The position numbers and the translations under genes were made by a program. DNA of 62,698 nt, counting the filler, from Asterionella formosa (lineage: Eukaryota), in the NCBI GenBank assembly GCA_002256025.1. It is 18 parts of 18 records of this genome, joined end to end, with 100 filler letters (N's around TTAATTAATTAA, not from the genome) between each part and the next. Parts side by side here need not be neighbours in the genome. Positions count along the whole stretch, not along the records: positions 30,060 to 50,492 come from NKIB01003373.1; 17 more parts are not named here. One strand, written 5' to 3'. How positions within the stretch are numbered: position 1 is the stretch's first letter; the number at the start of each line of letters is the position of its first letter. Positions 37,401 through 47,560 of the stretch are shown piece after piece. The notes below the pieces were generated by a model. The model searched no databases, was not told where the DNA came from, and worked only from the letters and a program-made list of their open reading frames with translations.

Positions 37401-38628
37401 GGATTACAGGAGTGGATTATGACAATGAAGCATTTGAAGATGCACAAGATGAAGATTATGATGATCAACAAGCTAGTGACGATGAAAGTACTGATGAAAT
37501 TCTTGGAGAAGACTATGATGAAATCACTCTGGATGAAATACAAGAAGCAGAACAGTATCCAAGAGGATGACCCTGAACCTGAGGGCAACAATGAAAATAA
37601 TGTTGAAATCAATGAAGATGAAATCCAAGATGAGGATGAGGATGAAGAACCAGTAAATGAAAATGAAGGGGCAATGTTATAAGGCAATCCAATTACTGAG
37701 GATGACACAGACCCGAATGTTACAACTACAAGGTCTGGAAGAGTCTCAAGACCACCATCAAAACTAACTACTATGGTCCAACATCATTTGCATAACCAGG
37801 CACACTGTCAAGAAGAATGCACAACTGACAACGCGAAAGTGATCGCAATGACAATGTACTATATCAATGAGATGTCTATCAATAAAGAAGTATTTCACTT
37901 TGTTCAGTCATACAGCTTATCAAAAGGCCTCAAAAAATTTGGACAGAAAGGAAGGGATGTTGTGTATAAGGAAATGAAACAACTAAATGAAAGATTTGCA
38001 TTTGAACCGATTAGGGTTAAAGACCTAACTGAGCTCGAAAGGCGACGTGCAATGGAAAGTCTGATATTTTTGGTTGAAACGAGAGACAAGAGTATTAAAG
38101 GCAGAGCTTGTGCCAATGGCAGTTCGTAACGTGAATACATGGAAAGAGATGAAGCAGCTAGTCCAACTACTTTGAAAAATAAAAATATTTCATACTTTTG
38201 TTATGAAAGGAATGTACCTTTGTAAGCGAGGAAGACTGGACATTCAACCAGGAATTGCATTTCTGGCAACCCAAACTACTGAACCGAATGAAGGCGATCG
38301 GGAAAATTTAGTTAAGATAATGAATTTCTTGAAGACAACTCAGAATGAGGTTGCATCTATGAGTGATGATGACACTCAGAGTATTAAATGATACGTTGAT
38401 GCGGCGTTTGCAGTACAAAAAGATTTTAAAAGTCACACAGGAGCTACATTGTCACTTGCAAATGCAATTATTTGTTCTACGTCTACAAAACAAAAAGTGA
38501 ACACTAGAAGCAACGATTTCAATCGATTTCACTCCTATTGTTGATCATATCTCCAGCCTATTTGGTCCCTGACGTGTCCTTACAGGATACAAGAAAGCAA
38601 TAGAGGGCTTCGGGACGCAATTTCAACA
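34440..38628 (+). mobile_element. Degenerate, internally deleted Ty1/copia (CoDi-like) LTR retrotransposon
   Basis: 5' LTR 34440-34714 (TGCTGAA...TTCAACA). gag from 34848 with zinc knuckle CYCCGRAGHKSPSC; protease relic WILLENQS; integrase IHCDNKF and EHVPEAER. RT is deleted after AASPTT (~38172). RNase H start YVDAAFAV..KSHTG. Partial 3' LTR ~38512-38628. Many stops and frameshifts. Confidence 0.92.
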
Positions 38629-39560
38629 GGTGAATTACCAGCTAGCACTGTTTCTGTATGCATATGTTTTCACTTTGATCCCAAATTTTGCATTTTTATC
38701 CCTTGGCTTCTAATTCGATATTCAAGAGTGGTGGCTGATTCCTTTCCAAGTAGGCTGTTGATCCACTCCTTTGTTTTTAATATGGAGGCGATGAAACTGT
38801 TTTTTCCAAATTACCACCAAACTTGTATGTCATCCATTATTTGTAGCGTATATTCATCAGGAAACATCGTTCAGGAATGGAAGTACCTTTTTTGTGATTT
38901 CACGTTTATGTAGACTTCAATGTATTGACGCTTGGTTACTTCATTGATTTTTAGATATTTGAGTTGGTCTATAGAATTCAATTTAAATACCGCATGAACT
39001 GGAAGCTCTAAATTTCCATATTCAAATGTCAGCATCTTCACTGTGATATCTGTGTTTTTCATAAGCTCAAACATCATTGCCAAGTTATGTTTGAACTTGT
39101 TGGGTTTTTCCTCAAAGCCTTTGTTTTCGGGTAGGATTTCGCGGACTTTGGTTTTCCATCCAACCATTTGCGTTTGCATTTGTCCTGAAGGTTTGACATC
39201 TTGAGTTTATCGAGCCCCTTTAACTGGTGACTCAAATGGAGGAAACTCTTCCTCTGAATGCTCTGTTCTGGTAAGGTTTCCTGTCATGATGATTACACCT
39301 TCTGCTGACTTCAACTTTGCTGCTTGTTTGTTTTGCAATGTTTCTGGAGTCCCCAATTCTACTGAACATGCTTCGGAATTATGTTGGGCGTGCTGGACTT
39401 CATCGACTGGTAGCTCCGCCATTTCTGCATCTGGCGGCCCCTCACTTTCCTATTGTGCATCATCCCGCTTCGCCGTTTCCTCTTCAGCACTCTCTTCTAT
39501 GACTGTTAGTGTCAGCTCAACCTCCTCATTTTCCTGTTCGTCCTTATCAAGATCCGCATG
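38629..39560 (-). mobile_element. 5' part of the decayed ORF interrupted by the copia (putative non-LTR ORF1)
   Basis: One minus-strand frame with isolated stops (ADLDKDEQENEE...GAR*TQDVKPSGQMQTQMVGWKTKVRE...). Linked to the 34207-32361 segment by a 48-bp duplication. Confidence 0.5.
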
Positions 39561-41109
39561 ACTCTTTTTATACAAATATAAATGCTAGTAAAAACTATGA
39601 GTAACCAATCACCCTTTAATTTGTTCAAAAAAGATTGATACTGTCTATAGAACACAATTCTCAGTATAACAAGAACAAGCAATGCATGTCCATTCTTGCA
39701 GCTGGATGCTGTTGGTAATCGCAAGCTTGCCTGCAGGAATGCCTGCACTAACTACTAGATCAATTCATAGCAACTGCACCAGCTGCTCATTCTCATTGCT
39801 CAGATTGATTGTCTGTAGAAAGAGAACATTCACAGAGTGAAATGATGAGAAAACTAAAGTTGCGAAGCCATGATTTCGGTTCTGTTGTGCTCCTTACTGC
39901 TACCATGTTCCCCAATGGCCAGCCCAGCCCTCATAAACGACAACAACTAGCAGTGCTGACAACGAAATCGCCGGAGTTTGCGATGCTGCTGACACTAAAG
40001 GGATACGGAAATCCGAACATTGATCTCAAACCTACAGCGACATCGGGAGAGAAAAGCATCGACACAGCAGCCCTTTAACCACAAGAAAGAGTCGGAAACG
40101 GCAACGCCAGAGCTGAAAATAGCGCCATAATGGCAGATGAAGAGTTTGATTCAAAAGTCTCTTTGATGGATCAGGCAAACCCCAACAAGGTAGCACTGGA
40201 GAAGACCAAACAATTGATTGTCACTCCATTTGTCACTCCATCTCAACTACTTGGCGGCCAAACAAGATAGCTACTCCCTTCGACCCTTGGGGTAATGGGA
40301 GGCATCAGCTGTCATCCCTGGAAAAAAGCTTACCCAAACAAGCAGGTATCCCCATGGTACAGTGGAAACTCAAAATTCGCGCATCCATAAAACCTGATGG
40401 AGTCCATCAAATAAGCACTGAGCGGTCAGACCTCTCTGCACAAATTCCATTCCAGTAGTCCAAGGACTCCAACAGAGTTCAGTTCACCCCCAGTGTGGCC
40501 ATCAAGGCCACAAACAGCACAACCCAAGATTTCCTCTTTCTTCACCCATCTCCCAACGAAGTGATAGGCTGATCCTGCAGCACCACAGCACACCATTTGC
40601 ACCACTTTGATCCTACTCTCATTCAAGAGAGTGTATTTTCCACCCTTCCCTGCATGTCAGCACTGGAAGTCACCACGTATGTTGGGCTGATATCTGGAGG
40701 GCGCAGTTTTTTCTTTGCCCAGGCTGGTCATGCTAGGAAGCACTAAGCGGGCTCCCCCACTAACCCTAGAGTAGTCTTGAGGCACTATATAAATGAATTT
40801 AAATAAAAACATGCATCTTTGGGATGATTGATGTATGTATGTACATTAAAACAATTCACACCTTTTTTGGCAAAGAGCAAGCCATTTTGGGTGAGCAAGC
40901 AAGTCTTGAAATATTCCAGGAAATTATATGTACTCATACATGTATAAACACTGATTTGTAAATTACAGTCTGATTCTAGCTAACTGTTAAAATTGGTTTG
41001 TGTCCTGTACCATCATGGCAACTCTTTTCATGTTGTCAGAGACTCGAGAGGACCGACCGTCGCCGCTACCTGCACTTTACTCTTGATCATACCGGTAGTC
41101 GAATAAAAG

Positions 41110-42324
41110 ATGCCCCGTGATTCTATTCATGACTCACAACAAAAACGACATATCGGTAGCAATATGAGCGATAGATTGGACGCATCTATCTCATGTGAGG
41201 ACGAAATTGAGGTGCGCTGGTGGACCTTGCGAGAAAAGGAAGCGCTGGCGAGAGATGAGTCGCGACATGGCGCCTTCTTGCTTTTCCTCATCAACGGTTA
41301 TGCGGCCTTCCGCATATTTATTCTTCACTTGATCTCATTGGAGAGTATCTTCAGCATCGTTCTTAGTGTCAGCTTGACTCTGCTCACATACAATAAGGCT
41401 GACAATGACACTTTATGGAATGGCGGCAGCATGGATTGGATTTTGCTGTCGTTCGCGATTGTAATTCCGATGTCGGCATCGATTGGAATGGCATTTACAC
41501 GACGCGAAAGTGCACTGAAGAACTTGGCCATCATCAGAGCAACTATGCTGGAACTCTACGTGGCCCATGCGATCTGGGATTGGTCCACGTGCGACAACGA
41601 CAATTCTGGTCGAAACGGTTCCAGCGTGAATTGGCGAGAGCACTCAGACAGGGTTCTGAACGAAATTTATGGTATCGGGGATGGAATCAACCGTTTTCTG
41701 ACACTGCCCAATGCAAGCCGGGCTCGACACCGTGTAACTGGGTTCGGACGTAGTGAAGCTTGTGCGGTGCTTCAAGTTTCACAGCATCTATTCGACAGTC
41801 TCCTATTTAGAATAGGGAACATGTCACTCTATTCAGAAGTTTTGAAGCACGAAGGACTCCCACCGAATGAAGCAACTCGTGTTCGCCAGTGGGAGCGTGA
41901 CGTGACAATGAACTTGGATCTCCTCCGCATGCTCAAAAATTATCGAACACCGCAGGCACTTCGAAGCCTCTGCCGCATATTTAGCGTCTTTCTTCCTCCA
42001 TTTTACGCTCCTTATTATGCTGCCATTGCCCGAGAAATCTCGTTGGGAATGGGAATCGCATTCTCAATGTTCACATCTTTGGTGTTAACTGCTCTTTTTG
42101 AGAGTTTGTTTCAAATGGAAGATCCTTTTGTTGGACACATTTCGCTCGATGGAATCGACTGTTACAATGAGGTAAGGGCGACATACTACCACCAACTGTT
42201 AAACATGCGAACATTGTGCTTTCCACATGCACCACCCTTTGAGGACAAAATTCTCGAACAAGAACCTACGGCCGTCGGAGGACGAGGCCCTGATCAACCG
42301 CGCATATACATGGATAGCCATTAA
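41110..42324 (+). CDS. Bestrophin/UPF0187-like membrane protein, 404 aa
   Basis: About 4 hydrophobic segments. LSFAIVIPMSASIGMAFTRRESAL, KNYRTPQALR and QMEDPF...DGID resemble bestrophin-fold motifs. No obvious signal or transit peptide. Confidence 0.7.
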   Translation: MPRDSIHDSQQKRHIGSNMSDRLDASISCEDEIEVRWWTLREKEALARDESRHGAFLLFLINGYAAFRIFILHLISLESIFSIVLSVSLTLLTYNKADNDTLWNGGSMDWILLSFAIVIPMSASIGMAFTRRESALKNLAIIRATMLELYVAHAIWDWSTCDNDNSGRNGSSVNWREHSDRVLNEIYGIGDGINRFLTLPNASRARHRVTGFGRSEACAVLQVSQHLFDSLLFRIGNMSLYSEVLKHEGLPPNEATRVRQWERDVTMNLDLLRMLKNYRTPQALRSLCRIFSVFLPPFYAPYYAAIAREISLGMGIAFSMFTSLVLTALFESLFQMEDPFVGHISLDGIDCYNEVRATYYHQLLNMRTLCFPHAPPFEDKILEQEPTAVGGRGPDQPRIYMDSH

Positions 42325-42477
42325 CAAGATATGCTTTCCGTCGTTTTTTTTGCACCGACCCTTAACTTCAGCGCTTCCTCGGATGGCGAAGCAATTCAAC
42401 CTAAAATGATGAGTTATACACCTTAAACTAATTCCAAAGAAATATTTAAAAATCGTCTCCCGAAACCCCGTGATGGA

Positions 42478-44702
42478 CTAGAGAAACATCATGGTCCCAA
42501 GCATTGCAAGAGTCTCACTATCGCGAGCATAGGAATGAAATGGTTCCCCCCCTCCGCCAGCTTGCTCGTTAACGTCGTTAAGTACGGAAATATCAACATT
42601 CAAACGGTCGTCGCGTTTATCGTGATAAAGCAAATTGACAAAGCGATAGCCAACGTTGATGTCATTGTAGCTGTAGACTTTCTGCGTATATACAGAGTTT
42701 GCATCAACGTTGGAAGTCCCCGACAAACTAACTAAGATTTGATCGAATTGAACGCTTGCTCTAACAGCCTCGTGATTGTTGAGTTCGGCGGGCCAAAAAT
42801 TCCCGTTCAATTTCACCGCTTTCCTGGCTTCATTGGTGAGAAGGGGAGAATCTTGGTTCAGAGCGTGCCTTGCTACCCAAATACGTTTGAAAAAGGGGTG
42901 CTCCGGAGTCTCAATGTAGAGTTTGATAAAAACTCGTCTCGTGACCAAGTATCCGTCAGCCTCCTCGTCAAAAGCAAGCGTTTTTGGTTTTCGAGATTTC
43001 TCTGAAATCATACTAGCTATTGAGCTCATCGAGTTCCCACCATGCTCTCGCCCACCCGTCAGGGGTCTATTCTCATTAATCGTTAGTGGATTTGAATTTA
43101 ACGATGAAGGCGGAGTTGGGCTCCTCTCATTCCCCTTCCTCCCAACGAATTTTCCGCGTCGTTTTCTTCGCCTATCTTTGGATAGTTTCAGCATGTCGTC
43201 GGTGACCTGATCTTCATCGATGCTCGCGACAATATTCATCGTTGCGTTAAGAATCTCACCACCCTTCGTCGCGTGCAAGCGGTTGACTACACGAAACTCC
43301 AACAAGGGACAAGGTAGTTGCCGATTCTCGGTATTCGGACTTGACTTACCCAACTTTCCGGAAACTTGGCTTCGATCGTCATCATCTTCCCCGTCATCAA
43401 GCTCTATCACACCCGAGCCATATCGAATTACAATCGGGTCTGAAAACAACACTTGCGCTTGGCTCCTGATTCTAGAAACCTTTCCATGCAAAACCGCCCC
43501 ACAAAAACTACCAAACAAGATTCCAACAAACGACTCCAACGTGCACAGAATAGTGACACCAGTGCATTGCCGAATATGTGGCTCAGTTGCGGAAGTTGCA
43601 GGGAAAGTAGCACCATATCCCTGCAATATCAGAAAAAAGTCAGAAAAAACTTGGAAAAGGATTAATGTTAAGGTTTCATACGCACCACAGTTGCAAAAGT
43701 AGTCCAGCTCAGTGCGAAGGCGTCTGCAAACCTGTTCCCGAATCCAGTTGTCGCTCCAAAAGATTCACCAGCGACATAAATGCACTCTGGATTATTCAAT
43801 CCTGCCAAAAAGATGAGAACAGCAAAAGCAGAACTCAAACCGAAGAAACCCACAGCTGCAGAAAAAAAGACAGCAATGAAGGAGCGCCGAAAGGACCAGT
43901 GCAGATAACTTGTCACGAAATTGTTCGGAGATACTCCGCAAATCTTCAGACCGTATTCGTTATCACCGTCGTCGTAAATTCCGGAATTCCCTGTGGCAAT
44001 ACCAACTGAAGACAAAGCCCGTTGCCAAATACTGTTCTGCTCCTGTTTTCAGTGATGAGTCAGAGGCTATTCAGTCGAATCATAGAAGTCCGTCCGAGAC
44101 ACTTACTTTTCTCGCTTGCAATCGATATTGAACGATGTCAACATTTTCCTCTTCATCGTCATTCTTGCCCTTCTGTTTCGGCATTTTAGAAAAAGATTGT
44201 TGAACCTGTAACCTTCCGTGAGTTCCAATTGGTGCACTCAAATTCCTTTGGATTCCCCTGCCTCGTTGCGATGCAGATAAGGACACGTCCTCATCCTCGT
44301 CGCGCTTCTCTCCGCCGCCTTTCTTGGCGGCGAAGAACCGCATGAGAGCATAATATCTCCGGTTGTTGCTATTCATGGGTTTACAATCCGATTTTCTTCG
44401 AATCTTTTGGTTGGCCCGTTAGTATAGTTTCAGTTCTGGTTTCATGCTGGAAGTACACATAATACCCTCCCCTCAAAGGGACGTACCTCAAAACGGTTTT
44501 CCTTCGCTTCTTTCCCTCTCAACTTTCCCGTGATAATGTCCATCTTAACCGACGCCTTAACGATATTCTTAGATGTTTCGGTCTCTCCTTGCCCCTGAAA
44601 GGTCTTTCGAGCCCGGGCCGTTGTGGATATCATGGGCTTCTTTCCTTCCAACGGAATTGGCCGAGCTTCGTCACCTCCTGTGGCAGAATCGTCCTTCCTC
44701 AT
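42478..44702 (-). CDS. Inward-rectifier (Kir-type) K+ channel; 4 exons (44702-44487, 44403-44107, 44042-43686, 43620-42478), ~670 aa
   Basis: Three phase-0 introns with donors GTACGT, GTAAGT, GTGCGT (83, 64 and 65 nt). Splicing creates the filter FALSWTTFATV|GYG. M2 LESFVGILFG, then VLFSDPIVI and PLLEFRVVN of the Kir cytoplasmic domain. Confidence 0.9.
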
Positions 44703-45134
44703 GATTACGAGATCACTTTCTGACCCTCTGCTTATTGGTACTCAACGAACGATTGAGACGTGTTTATTCAAATAACGAATTCAGGAAACGAACAATGAAA
44801 CCGAAAGTGTGTTGCATTTTTTGACAGTAAACGACCTCCTACAAATAAAAGAACAATGATTAGATCACAAGGGAAGAAGGCAGCACAAGGCAACATTGGG
44901 GCCCAGCAATTATCGGTACCTGGCACACGTTTGTGGACACAAAGTACCTGGTACCAGGTACCAGGGTACTCGGAGTACCAGGTAAGATACGATATGAACT
45001 GTATGACGAGTACCGTACTGTATGTTGAGATTTACCGTCATGCCGCTTGTTCTAGCTAGCGGGCTCCATGCAGTCCTGGCTGGAATGACCGATCAAGATC
45101 TTTCTCGCGCCGCTCATTTGCGTATTATTCTGTT

Positions 45135-46144
45135 TAAGGTTGCGGCCCCGGCTTGAAGGTATGTAAAATCTATCTGTTATTGTCATTCATGATCGTTGAT
45201 TTTGTTGCTTGCTTCTTGTTTACTTCGTTTTATTGTTGTTTGTTATCTCAGATCATAGACATATATGGCCATGCAGAAAGTTGAGTCAAATCAAGGGCAC
45301 AGCAGTGTGTTTTGAATTGCTCATTTGAACAGCTTCTCAACGCTGATGGGGTCTGCTTCATGTTTCATGTCAACTTCCTTGGTGTCCCTCCTGTAATCTT
45401 GTCGTTAACCAAGATCTTTCCAAATCTTCAAGTACTCATATATATGTTCTCATGCTTGTTTTGAAAGATGTCTTATTCTCATGGTTGTTAACACTTTGTC
45501 CCTTGACATGACCATGATGCTCTCTTGCATCACAGATCTGAAGTTCTTGTTCCTCTTCTCCCTCCTCAGAGTAACCCAACGGTAGAAATTCTTGGCGCAA
45601 CCCCAAGAATTAGTGATTCCCTCTTATGCAAGTTAACAATGACATTTCGGTGTCAACAAGCACTCCCATGTCCCTTCCCATTGACTGCAAAAGTGTTTCC
45701 TCTTCCTCAAAATGAAGACAGTTTCCCATGCTGAAAGACTTCAAGGGAAACTCTTTTGGGATGAATCCAAATGCTTCCTGATTTCCATTCAATTTGCATT
45801 CCTTCAATGTCGATTCTTTTATAAATCCATGCTCAAATCTTTGGAATCTACTCTCATTCGGATATTGCAGCCGTGTTTTCGAAAATTGCGTTATCATTTG
45901 GAGACTATGTGTGCATGTATGCTGGCCAGTGTGAGTCCTTGGTTTGCTAATCACTTGAAGCTGATAGTGCAACAACATTCTCAGGTCAAGTTTTCATGTT
46001 TTTGGAGTGAGTGAGAAATGTATTGGTACTTCTGTTGGATTGTCAACTTGTGGGGATGGGTGATATCATCTTCTTGGTTTGTTAGTGGGTGCTTGAGATT
46101 CAGAATCAATGGGCAATGCTATCCAGAGCTGGCAACATTTACTT
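45135..46144 (-). mobile_element. Second decayed Tc1/mariner-like transposon copy with putative terminus
   Basis: FEEEETLLQSMGRDMGVLVD.. and GNH*YSWG-like relics, homologous to 6225-7240. Ends at TTAAGGTTGCGGCCCCG, a motif also present at 3350-3366. Confidence 0.6.
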
Positions 46145-46852
46145 NNNNNNNNNNNNNNNNNNNNNNNNNNNNNNNNNNNNNNNNNNNNNNNNNNNNNNNN
46201 NNNNNNNNNNNNNNNNNNNNNNNNNNNNNNNNNNNNNNNNNNNNNNNNNNNNNNNNNNNNNNNNNNNNNNNNNNNNNNNNNNNNNNNNNNNNNNNNNNNN
46301 NNNNNNNNNNNNNNNNNNNNNNNNNNNNNNNNNNNNNNNNNNNNNNNNNNNNNNNNNNNNNNNNNNNNNNNNNNNNNNNNNNNNNNNNNNNNNNNNNNNN
46401 NNNNNNNNNNNNNNNNNNNNNNNNNNNNNNNNNNNNNNNNNNNNNNNNNNNNNNNNNNNNNNNNNNNNNNNNNNNNNNNNNNNNNNNNNNNNNNNNNNNN
46501 NNNNNNNNNNNNNNNNNNNNNNNNNNNNNNNNNNNNNNNNNNNNNNNNNNNNNNNNNNNNNNNNNNNNNNNNNNNNNNNNNNNNNNNNNNNNNNNNNNNN
46601 NNNNNNNNNNNNNNNNNNNNNNNNNNNNNNNNNNNNNNNNNNNNNNNNNNNNNNNNNNNNNNNNNNNNNNNNNNNNNNNNNNNNNNNNNNNNNNNNNNNN
46701 NNNNNNNNNNNNNNNNNNNNNNNNNNNNNNNNNNNNNNNNNNNNNNNNNNNNNNNNNNNNNNNNNNNNNNNNNNNNNNNNNNNNNNNNNNNNNNNNNNNN
46801 NNNNNNNNNNNNNNNNNNNNNNNNNNNNNNNNNNNNNNNNNNNNNNNNNNNN
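46145..46852. other. Scaffold gap (708 N)
   Basis: N run without the spacer motif. Confidence 0.97.
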
Positions 46853-47045
46853 AAACGAGCTTAGTAACTGCTAATAATGAATTTCCTGTAACATAGATAC
46901 AAATCTTTGTCTACTTTTGCCCTTCGTTTGATACTCATGTTGGAATACCATGATCACCTTATTGCCTCTAGAGAACTCGATCTTGTTTGATTCCAAAGAT
47001 TGGTTTGGAAACACCTTATTTAACTAACATATCAATATGAAAACA

Positions 47046-47237
47046 ACCTATCTATCTTATTTAACGTTTTCAAAGTTGTTGGGATTGGAACTTCGTAACT
47101 GCCAGCATCATCATGCATACCAACTAACCAATATAACTATTAAAAATTATACAGCTATGTAAAGTACATGCACATGCATGTTATGTATACTACTATATTG
47201 ACTGTCAACTTATGAAGATGATAGTATACTGGTACTT
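47046..47237 (+). repeat. ~190-bp dispersed direct repeat (second copy ~50061-50257)
   Basis: TTTCAAAGTYGTTGGGATTGGAAMTTCGTAACTGCCAGCRTCATCAT ... TATGAAG...ATAGTATACYGGT is present in both copies. Confidence 0.85.
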
Positions 47238-47397
47238 ACTGCAGCAAGTTGCGGTAAATTTGCAGACATCACGTTCTCAGCGATATAAAATGTAGTCACA
47301 CCTTTGACCCAATACTTAGTGCAATATTCTGGCCCGTGCATAATGCGGCTAATCATTTGTGGCATGATTTTGAATAAGTTTTTAAGCTCTAAATATA

Positions 47398-47560
47398 ATC
47401 ATTTTGGCAGATGTAGCAAAATATTTTCATTCGGCAGATTAAGTAAACTTTACTCAAATCGAGTAAAATTAACTTTGGGTAATTGGTTCACTGCTCAATT
47501 CATGTAAAGTTTACTTTTATCTGCCAAATCAAAATATTTTGCTATAGCTGCAAAAGTGAT
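47398..47560. repeat. Imperfect inverted repeat / foldback element
   Basis: TAGCAAAATATTTT..GGCAGAT.AAGTAAACTTTAC pairs with GTAAAGTTTACTT..ATCTGCC..AAAATATTTTGCTA. Confidence 0.85.

Noticed and set aside
39800..40800. GC-richer tract resembling a retroelement remnant
   Set aside because: No diagnostic RT, endonuclease or recombinase motif could be read.
46018..46896. Three 250-290 aa ORFs
   Set aside because: They are composed almost entirely of N-gap codons.
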